Assembly: GCA_024679065.1 (NCBI GenBank)
Contig: JAGIQG010000017.1
Coordinates: 19,282,001 to 19,346,000 of the forward strand
Direction: 5' to 3'
DNA length: 64,000 nt
Source of the DNA: Sphyrna mokarran
Lineage: Eukaryota
In this document: piece after piece, positions 1 to 13,434 of the stretch
How positions within the stretch are numbered: position 1 is the first letter of the stretch
Layout of the letters: each line of letters begins with the position of its first letter
Made by a program: the position numbers and the translations under genes
Notes under the pieces: generated by a model
Told to the model about the DNA's origin: nothing
Databases searched by the model: none
Seen by the model: the letters and a program-made list of their open reading frames with translations, nothing else

Positions 1-530
1 ATGATCGGTGAAGGAGGAGGAGTTTGTTTGACTAAGGCAGGTTTAATGTTTAGTTTAAGGCCCATGCTCTTGTATGTCTCAGTGAAGGTGTTGATCGATG
101 GCTTGGAGATTTGGCTTCCAAATTGGCTCGTTTCATTGTGTAGCTCAAAGACAGAGGATGGGTTAACCTTGAATCAGGCTTGCATGTATGGGATGTTGAA
201 CAGATTCTTGTTTGTTCTGTAATTTAGCTCTAATCCAGTGGCAGGATGTTGAATGTGAAATGGAGAATTGTATGAAGAAAAATTGAGAAGAGAGTCCGTG
301 TGAAGACACGGAATTGGATCCAAACTGAATTGTACCTGCGGTAGGTCCATTGATCAGGATCATGGCTTGCATGTCATTGAGGAATGGGTGGAGAATGGCG
401 AGAAACATTTGGAGCAGCTGAAATGGAGGAGAGTGCTCCATAATCTCAGATTTGAAAATGTTGAAGGCTTTCGTGAGATCAGAGAAGGTCATGTACAAGA
501 GTTGTTGTTCCCTGCATTTCTCATTGTTGT
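1..530 (-). mobile_element. RTE-clade LINE, decayed RT-domain fragment
   Basis: Minus ORF 163..603 contains KCREQQLLYMTFSDLTKAFN...LNDMQAMILING, matching the RTE RT motif KCREQxxPLYxxFxDLxKAFD. Frameshifted. Confidence 0.85.
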
Positions 531-1247
531 TGTTCATCCATCCAGGGTTTGCTGCTGTGCTGCTCAATACTGGGTTCACTGTCATGCATCCACGTGACTC
601 CACATTGCATTCAGTGCTCTGCTCCTGTGCTGCTCAATGAGTTTCCCCGATCTCCATCTTGGGAACCACACTGGGACTGCCCCTCCACCTCCTCTCTTGC
701 TCTTCTAAACTGGGATCTCCAATCTCCTTCTGCGCTGCTCGCTACTGGATTAGCCATCCATGTGCACTGCTTGACTGGGTTCACTGCACTCTGCACTGGG
801 CCACACTGGTTTCTTCACTCTCCTTCCACAATGGTCCATACTGTGTTCATCTCCCTTCTCCTCCGCTGCTAGGTTTTATCAGTGTCCTTCTACGTTGCAT
901 CACAGTCGATTCACTGGGCTCTTCTTTCATTGTCCCCCACTGGTTTCATTGCTCTTCTCCTGTGATGCTCACATTGGATTCATTGCTCTTCTGCTTCACC
1001 ACTCGAAACTGGGCTCGTCGTTTATGTCCTATGTCACATTATATAGAGTTTGCAGCTCTCCTCCATACTGGATTCTGCTCTGCTCCTGTGATGCTTTATA
1101 CTAGATTGCCAATTCCACATGCGCTGCTCCACACTGCTTTCACTATCCTCCTAACACATTGTTCTACAGTTGGTTTGCCAATCTTGTTGCTCCACACTGG
1201 ATTCATCTCTCTCCTCTCATGCTACTCCAAATTGGGTTGACTGTTGT

Positions 1248-1546
1248 CATAGAATCTCTATAGTGCAGAAGACCATTCAGTCCATCAAGTCTGCACTGAT
1301 CATAATCCCAGCCAGTCCCTATCCTCATAACTCCACGTGTCGACACTGCTAGTCCCCTGACACTAAGGGACAATTTAACATGACCAATCAACCTTACCCA
1401 CACACCTTTTTGACTGCAGGAGGAAACCCGTGGAGACACGGAGAATGTGCAAACTCCATACAGATAATGATCCAAGCCAGGAATCGAATCTGGGTCTCTG
1501 ATGCTATGAGGCAGCAGTACTAACCACTTTGCCACCGTGCCACCCG
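1248..1546 (-). mobile_element. tRNA-derived SINE (HE1-like, elasmobranch) with CR1-type tail
   Basis: On the minus strand: A box TGGCAAAGTGG, B box-like GATTCGATTCC, conserved body (GGAGTTTGCACATTCTCC...GGTTGATTGGTCATGTTAAATTG) and tail ending GCACTATAGAGATTCTATG. Confidence 0.85.
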
Positions 1547-1696
1547 TAAATGAACCTTAAAACTTTCTAAAATTTGCCATGAGATTGTTAATGAGAGGCT
1601 GTCTATGAATGGATGATCATGGGAGAAAAGGTATCACTGCTAGTTGAGTTTGTGTATTGTTCTGATGATCTGAAAGGAGCAACATTAGATTTCCAG

Positions 1697-1768
1697 TGTA
1701 CCCAAGCCAGGAATCGAACCCAGGTCCCAGGCACTATAAGGCAGTAGTGCTACGCACTGTGCTGCCCT
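1697..1768 (-). mobile_element. SINE head fragment
   Basis: Minus strand has B box GGTTCGATTCC and the same head sequence as 1248-1546. Confidence 0.7.
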
Positions 1769-2169
1769 GTTCTCCTGCTCTTCTTGCTGTTTTTCTCTCT
1801 TCTGTTGCGCTGCTCCACACTAAGTTCAGCACTATCCTCCTGCATTGCTTCACACTGTTTGCCACTGTCCTCTCATGCTGTTCTACCCTGGGATAATCCA
1901 TCAGCTCCTTAGTAAAACACTGTACATTGGGATCAATTCCCTGGTCCTGCATTGCATTACACAGATTCATTGCTAAACTCCCTCACACTGCTCAATACTC
2001 AGTTAAATGCTCTCCTCTCCCAGTGCTCCTCATTAGGATTACTGTCCTCATCTCGCTCTACTACATATTGGTTTTCCACTCTTCTCCTGCCTTCTCCACA
2101 ATAAGTGTGCCACTCTCCTTCTGCACTTCTCCATGTTTGTTACAAAATTCAATGTAAGTTCTCAATTGA

Positions 2170-3400
2170 CACAACAGTCTAATATCAGCCTACAATATCC
2201 AAAACAGGAGGGAGTATGGGGATAAGTGGGTGGACTGCTACACACTCCTTTCTCTGACAATAGTGGGTTTTCTCATGGTCTCCATGATTAATATCAAGGT
2301 ATTCAGCTCCTTCTTGAATGGTTTCATTCACTTCAGCCGATCTTGGGCGTGGGATTCGCTGGTGTCAGTGGTGACATATAGGTTTTGAGGACGTTTTCAT
2401 TGTGTTCTGGATGTATTTTCTCTGCCCTCTTGGGGCTTGCTTGCTGTATCAAAGCTCCAAGCACAGCGTTTGCTTTGGGTGTCTCATGTCAGACATATGG
2501 TGATGTAGCTGGACAACAGGGCTGACGCAGCATGGTCAATGTTTTGATGTTGGAGACATTGATCTGATGGTGTGTGCCTATGCTGCCAATGGATTTGTAG
2601 AATACTGTAGAGGCAGTGCTATCTGTACGTCTCCAGTGTTTGACGTGCCTACTTTGCAGAGTCCATGTCTCCAAGCCAAATAGAAGGGTGGTAACATTAC
2701 TGTCTTGTAGTGTTGAGTCTGAGTTCCTGATCTTCAAACACTTCCTCAGGCAACAGAAGACTGTGCTGACGCACTGAGAATGGTGTTGAAGCTCATTGTT
2801 GCCTCGGTGGGTTCCCAAGATATGGAAAGTCGTTCTAATTTTCCAAGGACATACTCTTGGTTTTGATGAGTAGAGTGAGGCTAGTTCTGTGTGAATAGGT
2901 TAGACATGGACATCGCTTTGTGGTTATTTAGTGTAAAGCCCATGCACTCGTACATCTTGTAGAAGATGCATACCATGGTTTGGAGTTTGTTCTCTAATTG
3001 TACACAGACACAATCATCATTTCCTTTATGCAATTCCATTACAGAGGATGGAATGACCTCGGATTAGGCCTGCACATGTTGGATACTGAACAGATTCTTG
3101 TTTGTACTTTTTTAATTGAGCTCTATTCCACCAGTAGCTTTGAGGGCGAGATGGATCATTGCAGGAAGCACGATTTAAGAAGGGTGTTGGTGTGAATGGG
3201 ATCTGTGGTAGATCCATCGCTCAGGATCAAAGCTTAGATGTCTTTGTGGAGCAGGTGGAGAATTGTGACACTTTTGAGACAATCAAAAAGGAGGAGACTT
3301 TCCATAATATTTCAGAATTGAAAACGGTAAAGGCTCTTGTGAGATCAGAGGAGGTCACGTACAAGAGTTGAAGTCACTCCCTGCATTTCATTTGTAGTTT
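2170..3400 (-). mobile_element. RTE-clade LINE, decayed RT plus C-terminal region
   Basis: Minus ORF 2489..2818 has TLLFGLETWTLQSRHVK (RTE LLYGxETWTxYxRHxK motif). RT start AAATGCAGG (KCR) lies at about 3380-3390. Confidence 0.85.
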
Positions 3401-4454
3401 CTGGTTGGTTCAGTTGCTCCTCCCATACTGACTCTGGGTTTGTTGCAATATTGCTGTGCTGCTCAGTCCTGCATTCGTTGTCATACATCCACATGGCTCC
3501 ACACTGGGATCAGCGCTCTGCTCCTGCGCTACTTAATAGGTTTCCCCGATCTCCTCCTGTCTTGATCCACACATGGATCGCCCTTCCACCCTCTTCTAAA
3601 CTGGGATCTCCACTTTCCTTCTGTTCTGCTCTGTACTGTTTGCCATCCATGCACACTGTTCAACTGGGTTTACCGCATCTGGATTGGTCCACACTAGTTT
3701 CATTGCTCTTCTCCCATTATGGTCCATACTGTGTTCACCTTTCTCCACCTCCACTATTCCAGACTGGATTTATCACTCTCCTCTTGCACGATTTGATTTG
3801 CTGTAATCTTCTCACTTTGCTCCAAGCCGGTTTCGTTGTTTTTCTCCCATAACACTTGCACTGAGTTCATTGCTCTCTCCTTCACCACTCGAAGTAGAGC
3901 TCTTTGTTTATGTCCTGTGTCACATTATGTTGAGTTTGGAAGTCTCCTCTTGCGTCACTTCACACCAGGTTCACCACTCAGCTTCTGAATGCTTCAGACT
4001 AGATTACTGATTCCACCTGCGTTACTCCACACCACTTTTCATCGTCCTGATAATGCATTGTTCTACACTTGATTTACCGATCTCGCTGCTCACACTTGAT
4101 TGAGGGCTGTCCTTCTACTCTTCCCCATGTTGGTTTCATCCCTCTTCTGCTGTGCTGGTCCACACTGGATTCAGCCTGCTCCTCTCGCAGACTGATCCAC
4201 ATTGTTTGCTGTTATTCTCTCGTGCTGTTCTATGTGCGATCACTACTCACCTCTTAATTAAAACACTGTTGTACACTGGGATCAGCTCTGTGTTGTGCTG
4301 TATGAAGTTGTCACTAAATGCCTTACTTCGTTTAACCAAGTGTTAAGTGTTCTGCTCCTTATTAGGAGCATTGTCCTCATCTCTACATACTGGGTTTACC
4401 AATCACCTCCTGTCCTACTCCACACTGAGCATGCCACTCTCTTCCAATGCTTCT

Positions 4455-5010
4455 CTACATGGGTCAGCCAGAGGAGGCATTTGCAGACATCTTTAACCTC
4501 TCTACAACAAGAAGGCAACCATCAGCCATCTACCAAAGAAAAGCCAGGCAGCATGTCTTAATAATAATGGTTCAGTGGCTCTGACACCAATCAATATGAA
4601 GTGCTTTGAAAGATTAATCATGGCCTCCTATATTGCCTGGATACTCTACAGTTCGCTTATTGCCACAGCAGGTCCACACCAGACGCCATCTCCCTGGACC
4701 TACATTCAAACCTGGAACACTTAACAACAAAGACACATGTCAGACTCCTTTTATTGACTGCAGCTCAGCTTTCAACACCATTATTTTTACCAAGCTCATG
4801 TCCAAACTCCTTAGCTTGGCTCCTCTCTCTCCGACCAGATCCTGGACTTAACTCACAGACTGCAATCAGCAAGGAGAAACAGAATACCTCCAATATCACC
4901 CTCAACGCTGGTGCCTCATAAAGCTGTGTTATCGGCATCTTTATTATACTCCTTACTGTGTGACCAAAATATCCTCCAACTCGATTTTCAAGTTTGCTGA
5001 TTACACTGAG
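4455..5010 (+). mobile_element. Rex1/Babar-clade LINE RT fragment
   Basis: Translates to [33 protein letters not shown] and FKFADY(D)T, typical Rex1 RT motifs. Frameshifted. Confidence 0.82.
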
Positions 5011-5174
5011 ATCAGCTCTCTGATCCCGCATCACTACTGAAACCCCAACTCTGCTCACCACCCAGTTAAATGCTCTCCTCTCCCACTAATCCTCATTAGG
5101 ATCACTGTCCTCATTGCGCGCTACTACACTTTGCGTTTGGCATACACCTCCCGCGCTTTCCAACACTCAAAATA

Positions 5175-5570
5175 ATTGACAAGTGCCAGAGCAGTCTCAT
5201 GACAGATTGTAGGCTATCACGGGGGGCAGATGGGGATTTTAGGAGTGAATGACTGGACGGATTGCCATGCACTCCTGACCCTGACAATGCTTAGCTTCTG
5301 CTTGCTCTCAGTAATGAAGATTAAGGTGTTCAGCTCCTTCTCAGATGCTTTTCATCCACTTCAGGCAGTCTTGTGCATGGGATATCTTGGTATCAGTGAC
5401 AGTGTGTGTTTTGAGGAAGCTTTTCAGGATGTTCTCAATACATTTTCTCTGCTCCATTGGGGCTTCTTGTATCGAACTCCAAATACAATGTTTGCTTTGA
5501 GTGTCTTGTGTCAGAAGGCAATGTGGCCAGCCCAGCAGAGCTGATTCACATGGTCAATGCTTAAAAGCTC
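5175..5570 (-). mobile_element. RTE LINE 3' coding fragment
   Basis: Paralogous to 2170-2560; the minus strand reads QLCWAGHI (RTE LRWAGH motif). Confidence 0.75.
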
Positions 5571-6224
5571 AAGAGAGACCATTGTCTCGGCTGCATTGCT
5601 CTCCAGTAGTTCTACGCTGGGATCACAGCTCTGCCCGCGCACTACTCCACACTGTTTATCACTATCCTTTCACGTGGCTCCACACTGGGATCACCTCTCC
5701 TCCACTACTGATCAGCACTGGGTTCACCGTTTTCTTCCTGTGCTATTCCGTGGGATTGAGTGCTCTTCTTCTGGCACTGCCCCACATAGGTTTCATCGCT
5801 CCCCTCTTGCACTGCTCCACACAAGTTTCATTGCTCTTTTCTTTTGCTGCTCCATAGTGATGTTGTCAGTCCCATCCCACGCTGCTCTACATTATATCCA
5901 CGCACATGGCTCAGCTAGGTTCACCACTCTTGGCTCACTGGTCCACTCTGGGTTTACCACTCTCTTCCTGCACTGCTCCACATTGGGTTCTTCATTGTCG
6001 TCTCAAATTGCTCTACACTGGTTTCATCACTCTTCTCTGGGTTGATCACTATTCTGTATTTTACTGGTTTTGTCACTCTCCAGTCCATACTGGGTTCAAA
6101 GCTACCCTTTCACTTTGCTCTACACTGGGGTTCACCAACTCCCTCTTATGCTGTCCTACACTGGAAATACCACTCCAACCTGTGCAATTTCACACTGGAT
6201 AACTGCATACCTTCATTGCTGTAA

Positions 6225-6560
6225 ACTGAGATGAAAGCAAATTGCTGTAGAGGCCGAAACAGAAATGGCTGGAAAATCCATCTCCTGACACACTGCTCCA
6301 CACTGCATTCAAAACTCTTTTTGCACCTTCATTTCACATTGTCACCATCTCCGCCCGCACGATTCACACCAGGTTACCACAAACCTCCCTCACTGCTTTA
6401 CGCTGAAGTAAAAGCAAATTGCTGCAGATGCAAGAATCTGAAACAGAAATAGAACATTCTGTAAAATCTCAGTGTCTATAATTGAGAACATTAACTCTGT
6501 TATCTCTCCATAAATGCTGTCAGACCTGCTGTGATTTTCCAGTATTTTCTGTTTCCATTT
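6225..6560. mobile_element. Penelope-like terminal-repeat remnants (two partial copies, second one fold-back)
   Basis: AAAGCAAATTGCTG(C/T)AGA...AAACAGAAAT followed by the inverted arm GATTTTCCAGTATTTTCTGTTT. Resembles a common shark Penelope-like repeat (family assignment from recall). Confidence 0.55.
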
Positions 6561-6569
6561 GTTCTCTTC

Positions 6570-7225
6570 TGTTTCCATTTGATCAAGACCTTTAGCTCTT
6601 TTCCTGAAGATTTCATCCACTTCTGATGGTGTCTTGGATATTGGATACTGGATTCCTGAGTCTTGGATATTGGATACTGGATTCCTTAGTGTCAGTAGTG
6701 ATGTTGTAAGTTTGGAAGAGATTTCGGAGGTGTCCTTGAAACATTGTGGCTGCCCTCCTGGAGCACGCTTGCTATGTCGAAGATCCAAGTACAACTTTTG
6801 CTTTGGGTGTCTCCTCTTGGGTATATGGATAAGGTGGCCAGCCCAACAGAGCTGAATCTGCATGGTCAGTGCTTCAATGTTCAGGAGATTGATCTGAGCA
6901 AGAACACTTACACTGGGCCTATGTTGCCAATAGATTTGTGGGATCTTGTGGAGGCAGCACCGGTGATGCTTCTCCAGTTTCTGACTTGTCTGCTATAAAT
7001 GCCCACTTCTCCGAGTCCCATATGAAGGGGAGGTATCCCTACTGCTCAGTATATCATGAATTTTATGCTGGATCTGAAGTACTGATCTTCAAACACTTCG
7101 TTAGGTGACTGAAAGCTGTGCTGACACATTGAGTTCTAGTGTTCAAGCTTGTTCTTGTGTCTGTCCTTATTGACTGTAGGTATGGAAAGTAGTCCAAATT
7201 TTCAAAGGCTTTGTTGTCAATTATT
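6570..7225 (-). mobile_element. RTE LINE C-terminal fragment
   Basis: Minus ORF 6390..6863: QLCWAGHLIHIPKRRHPKQKLYLDLRHSKRAPGGQPQCFKDT (RTE C-terminal motif LRWAGH..R.PKQ.LY.EL..GKR..GGQ.KRFKD). Confidence 0.88.
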
Positions 7226-7509
7226 TAACACTGGGTTCGTTGTCATGCGTCCACATGGCTCTACACTGGGTTTGGCTTCTGCTCCTGCGCTGCTCAATGG
7301 GTTTCACTAATCTCCTCTTGCACTGCTTCATACTGGGATTGACCTTCCACCTCCTCGCATTTACTTCTAAACTAGAATCTCTTCTCTCCTCCCTTGGCAT
7401 CTCGAAATTGGGTTTGTCATCTCTGTGCGCTGATCAACTGGTTTTATCACTCTCTGCCTGCACTGGTCCACACAGGCTTCTTTGCTTTTCTCACACAATG
7501 GTCCATACT

Positions 7510-7890
7510 GCGTTCATTTGCAATCATTGTTCACTTTATGCAGTTACATGAAAGAAGATGGGACAACCTTGGATCAACCCTCACGTATTAGATACTGAAC
7601 AGGTTCTTGTTTATACTTTTAACTGAGCTCTATTTCACTGGTAACTTTCTGAGGGTGAGATGGAGAAATGCAGGAAACAAGATTGAAAACAGCATTCATG
7701 TGAATTGATCTGTGATGGAATCATTGATTTGTGGAGCAAGTAGAGAATGTTGACAAACATTTGGGACAGCCAAAATGGAAGAGATGCTCCATAATCTCTC
7801 AGGATTGACAATGTTGAAGGCACTTGTGAAATCAAACAATACCATGTACTGAGTCAGTGTTGTTACCTCCATTTTTCTTGTATTTGTTGC
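7510..7890 (-). mobile_element. RTE LINE RT fragment
   Basis: Minus ORF 7696..7959: YMVLFDFTSAFNIVNPERLWSI; paralogous to 1-530. Confidence 0.8.
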
Positions 7891-9014
7891 TCTGTGCAGT
7901 TGCTCCTCCGTTACTGCTCCATCCTGGGTTTGCTGCAATACTGCTGTGCTGCTCAACACTGGGTTCGCTATTATCCGTTCACAAGGCTCTGCACGGAGTT
8001 TGGCGTTCTATTCCTGCACTGTGCATTGGGTTTCACCGATCTTTTCCTGTGCTGCTCCACACTGGGATCGCCCTCAACTCCTCCCACATTCTTCTAAACT
8101 GCAATCTCCGCTCTCCTCGCACGCTGCTCCATACTGGGTTTGCCATCTATGCATACTACTTGACTGGATTCACTGCACTCCGCCTGCACTGGTCCACACT
8201 TGTTTCTTTGCTCTTCTCCCACGATGGTCCATACTCTGTTCACCTCTTTCCTCCTCTGCTGTTCCAGACTGGATTTATCCCTCTCCTCCTGCCCTCCTCC
8301 ATATTTGATTTGCTGAACTCTTCTCGCATTGCTCCACACTGCTTTCATTGTTCTTCTGCTGTGATGCTAACACTGAGTTCGTTCTCTCCTGCTTCACCAC
8401 TCAGAAGTGGGCGCATCAGTTATATTATCCTATGTCATAAGAGTTCACAGCTCTTCTCCCACTTTGCTCCATATTAGATTCACTGCTCTGTTCTTGAGAT
8501 GCTTGTTGCTCGATTGCCAATTCCACCCACGTTGCTCCTCACTGCTTTCACCGTCCTCCTAATACATTGTTCCTCACTTGGTTCACCAATCTCGCTGCTC
8601 CACACTGGATTCGTCTCTCTCTTGTGCTACTCCACATTGGGTTGACTGCTGTCCTCCAGCCCTTCTTCATGCAGGTTTCCCTCTTCTGCTGCACTGCTCC
8701 ACACTGGGTTTGGCACTCCCCACTGCAATGCTTCAGACTGCATTTGCCAACATCCTCTCAGCTACTCTACCATGAGATCACTACGTACCTCGTTTATTGG
8801 AATACTGTTGTACACTGAAATCAGTGCTCTGGTCCCACATTGCATTACATAAGGTTGTCACTAAACGCTCCGCTCAACTCTCGGTTAAATGCTCTCCTCT
8901 CCCACTAATCCTTATTAGAATCACCGTCCTCATTCCTCACTACTACATAATGGGTTTGCCACAGATCTCACAGTGCTCCAACTCGACATCCCATTCTCAT
9001 CCCACGCTTCTCTC

Positions 9015-9520
9015 CATGGACCACCTGGCGGAGTCATTTGCAGACATCTTCAACCTCTCTACACCAGTCTGAGGTCCCTATCTGCTTCAAAAAGACAACT
9101 ATGATTCAGGTAGCAAAGAGAAGCCAGGCAGTGAGCCTTAATGTCTATTAGCCTGTGACTCTGACATCCATAATTTGGAAGTACTTCAAACAGTTATAAT
9201 GACACAAACCAGTTCTGCCTCCCAAACTGGATTAGCTACAGTTTGCTTATGGTCGCAATGGGGCCACAGCAGTTGCCATCTCCTTGGCCCTACACGCACC
9301 CTGGACGAACTCTCTTCCACTTTCTTTCATCAGGAGAAAGATACAAATACCAACCAACTCAAGAACAGCATCTTCCCTGCTGCCATCAGTTTTAAATGGA
9401 CCTACCCTCACAATAGTTGAATTTTCTCTGCACCCTGACCTATAACTCTCCTCGATCCTTTCCATCTCTATTTATGCTATGCTTTGTCTGCGTGACACTT
9501 GAGGCAATATTTTTCACTGG
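9015..9520 (+). mobile_element. Rex1/Babar LINE fragment, internally deleted, with 3' UTR
   Basis: [14 protein letters not shown] followed, after a deletion, by TNQLKNSIFPAAI (Rex1 C-terminal RLKNSFFPxAI). Confidence 0.8.
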
Positions 9521-9869
9521 TTTCAGGCTCTCTTCCTGTGCTGCTCCACAGGATTCAGTGCTCTGTTCCAGCATTCCTCCAGATTAGTTTTGTTGCTCTC
9601 ATCTCACGCTGATCTATACACATGTATAGTGCATGGCTCAGTTGGTTTCACTGCTCTCGGTGCATACGGTTCACACTGGGTTTTTCATTTTCCTCTTGTG
9701 CTACTCCACATTGGTTTCATCATTGTCCTCTCAAATTGCTCCACACCAGTTTCATCATTGTTCTCCTGTGCTGTCCATACTGCGTTCATCACACTGCTGC
9801 TGCACCACTTCAAACTGGGCTCCTCATTCACGCTTTATCAATTTTTATTGAGTTTGTAACTCTCTTTGC

Positions 9870-10330
9870 TGCTTTTGGATATTTAGTGTAAGGCTCATGC
9901 TCTCGTATGTCTTGAAGGTGCTGACTATGGTTTGGAGTTTGACCTCCAATTGTGTACAAACACATTGTTTACTTTATGTAGTTCCATGACAGAGGATGGG
10001 ATGACCTTGGATCAGGTCTGCATGTATTGTACTTTAATTAAACTCTATTCCAGAGGTAGCTTTCTGAGGGTGAGATGGAGATTGCCAGGAGCAAGATATA
10101 GAACAGCATTGGTGAGAATGGATTTGTGGTGGATCCATTGGTCAGGATCAAAGCTTGTATGTTATTGTGGATCAGGTGGAGAATGGGACAAACTTTTAGG
10201 GCAGCCAAAGCGGAGGAGGTACTCCATAATATCTCTCAGTTGACAATGTTGAAGGCTCTTGTGAGATCAAAGGTCAGGTACAAGGTTTGATGCTATTCCT
10301 TGCATTTCTCTTGTATTTGCTGCTTGGTGT
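9870..10330 (-). mobile_element. RTE LINE RT fragment
   Basis: Paralogous to 1-530 and 2930-3400 (TTAGTGTAAGGCTCATGCTC...TTGACAATGTTGAAGGCTCTTGTGAGATC...TGCATTTCTC). Confidence 0.8.
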
Positions 10331-11384
10331 ACTTGTTCCTCCCACTCTGTTCCACCCTGAGTTTGCTGCTAATCTGCTGCACTGCTCAACACTGGGTTCT
10401 TGTATCCATGTGGCTTCACACTGGGTTTGGTGCTCTGCTCCTGCACTGCTGAAATGAGTTTCACTGTCTCTCCTCAACTGTTGCTCTACACTGGGAGTTT
10501 CTCACACTTTTCTAAACAGGTATCTCTGTTTTCCTCGCAAGCTGCTCCATATTGGGTTTGGTGTCTATATGCACTGCTTGACTGGGTTCATTAATCTCTG
10601 CCTGTACTGGTTTGCACTGGTTCCTTCACTCACCTTCCGCAATGGTCCGTAATGTGCTCACCATCTCCTCCTCTACTGCTTCTGACTGGACTTATCATTC
10701 TCTTCCTGTGCTGCTCCATATTTGACTTGCTGTACTGTTCTCACATTGTTCTTCTCCCATGCTGCTTGGGGCTTATTGCTCTCCTGTTTCATTCACCACT
10801 CGAAATGGGCTCATTCTTTATGTCGTATGTCACAATACATTGAGTTCATAGCTCTTTTCCTCTGCATCACACCAAGAGGGTTCATCACTATTCCTATGAT
10901 GCTTCATACTAGATTGCTGATTCTACTCTTTGTTGCTCTAAACTTGATTCATCAATCTCGCTGCGCCATACTGGAATTATTGCTCTCATCTTCTGCTGCT
11001 CCACACTGAGTTGAAAGCTGTCCTCCTGCTCTTCTCCATGCTGGGTTTCTCCCTCTTCTGCTGTGTTACTCCACTGGGTGCAACACTCCTCTCTCACACT
11101 GCTCTACATTGCATTTGCCACCATCCTCCCATGCTGTTCCACGCTGGAATCACTACTCATCTTCCTACTAAAACACCAGGATCAGCTCTCTGGTCCCACG
11201 ATGCTTTATACAGGTTTCTCAATAAATGCCTCACTCTGCTCAACACCTGATTAAACACTCTCCTCTCCCAACGATCCTCATTAGTATTACCATTCTCACT
11301 CCTTGCTATTCCATTCTGGGTTTGCCACACTTCTCCTGCGCTGCTCCACACTCAGCATGCCACTCCCCACTCATGCTTCTCTAC

Positions 11385-12540
11385 ATGGACCAACTGGTGG
11401 GGTATTTACGGATATCTTCAACCTTTCTTTACACCATCTTCAAGAAGACCATTATGTTTTCGGTAGTAAAGTAAAGCAGGCAGCGTATCCTAATGCCTAT
11501 CATCCTGTGGCTCTGACATCCATAATTCTGAAGTAGTTTGAAAGGTTAGTAATGGCACGTGAAATTCACCTCCAAATTGCCTGGATCCACTATAGTTTGC
11601 TTACTGCCACAACAGAGTAACAACAGTTGCTGTTCCCCATGCTACACTCGATCTAGGAACATTTAGAAACAAAGACACCTAGATCACACTCTTACTTATA
11701 GATTGCAGTTCAGCTTTCAGTACTATTATTGCTACAAAACTTATCTCTGAACCCCACGGACACTTCCCCCCTCTGCGGCTGGATATTAGACTTCCTAACC
11801 AGCAGACCACAATCAATAAGGATAGGCAACAAAACCTTCTCCAGGCTGTGTCATTGGTCCCTTTACTATATTCCTTATACACCTATGATTGTTTGGACAA
11901 AATCCCAACCAACTCAATTTTTGAATTTACTGATGACACTAACAATGGTGAAATGGAGTACATATTTTGGGACGAAGTGGAAATGGTTGAGACTTTCAAG
12001 TCTAATTCACTATAAACCTGTCCTGCTCCCTTCATGCCAACACTATAGTTAAGAAAACAAACCACGACTCTACTTTCTCAGGAGACTCAAGGAAATTTGG
12101 CATGTCTGCTACAATTCTCACCAACTTTTACAGATGCACCATAGAAAGTATTCTTTCTTGTTGCGTCACAGCTTTGTATGACTCCTGATCAGTGCAAGAC
12201 TGCAAAAACGTACAAAGTGTCATGAATAAAACCCATGCAAACCAGTCTTGCATCCATTGATTGTCTCCAGTTCCTGCTGCTTCAGAAAACCAGCCAGCAA
12301 AATCAAGGACCCCATGCATCCCAGATGTACTCTCTTCCACCTTCTTCTATCAAGAAAAATATACAAATGGCTAGGGACACACACCAGCAGGCGCAAGAAC
12401 AGCTTCTCCATCAGACCTTGGACATACTTCACAACAGTTGATCTTTCTCTGCGCACTGGCCTATAACTCTCCTCCTTCCTTTCCATCTCTACTCATGGTA
12501 TGCTTTGAATGCATTGTACTCATGAAACGATATTTTTCAC
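11385..12540 (+). mobile_element. Rex1/Babar LINE RT to 3' end, decayed
   Basis: [43 protein letters not shown] and KPASKIKDPMHP. Confidence 0.85.
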
Positions 12541-13434
12541 TGGCTTCAGGTTCTCTTCCTACGCTGCTCCACAGGATTCATTACTCTTCTCCAGCATTGC
12601 TCCAGACTGATTTTGTTGCTCTCATTCCACGCTGCTAGATACTGCATTCACCATCCTTGCACACTCTCCTCCCACAATGGTTATACTGTGTTCAGCTCTT
12701 TCTTCCTCCACAGCTCCTGACTTTCATGCGCTGCACCACATTCAGTTTGCTATACTCTGCTCGTGTTGCTCCTCATTGTCTTCATTGTCCTTCTCCAGTG
12801 CTGTTCATTGCTCTCCTGCTTCATTCACCACTCGAAATTGGGTTCATTGTTTATGTCCTACGTTGCATTACGTTGAGTTCGCAACTTTTTTCCTGCATCA
12901 CACCGAGTGGGTTCATCACTCTGCTCTTGTGATGCTTCATGTACATTGCTGATTCCGCCCCTTGCTGTTCTACATCCTCCTAACACATTATTCTAAACTT
13001 GATTCACCAATCTTGCTGCTCAACAGTGGAATCATTGCTCTCATCTTATGCTGCTCCACACTGGGTTGACTGCTATCCTCACACTCTTTTCCATGCTGGT
13101 TTTCTCCCTCTTCTTCTGCGCTGTTCCACACTGGGTTCAACATTCACCTCTCGTACTGCATTACATTGCATTTGCCGCCATCCTCTCATGCTGTTCTACC
13201 CTGGGGTCGCTGTTCACCTTCTTACCAAAACACTGTTGCACACTGGGTTCAGCTTTCTGGTCCCGTGATGCTTTAGACAAGTTTGTCAGTAAATCATCTC
13301 GACTCTGCTAAACACTCTCCCATTGATCCTCATTAGTATCACTGTCCTTACTCCACGTGACTGCATACTGGATTTGCCACACTTCTCCTGCATGCTCCAT
13401 GCTTGGCATGCCACTCTCCTCCCATGCTTCTCTA

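Noticed and set aside
6631-6690. 29-bp tandem duplication (and a 27-bp duplication at 49623-49677)
   Set aside because: Real, but ordinary two-copy slippage events with no sign of function.
7920-8350. CRISPR-like 35-bp periodicity
   Set aside because: Monomers are contiguous diverged copies without unique spacers, there are no cas genes and the context is vertebrate.
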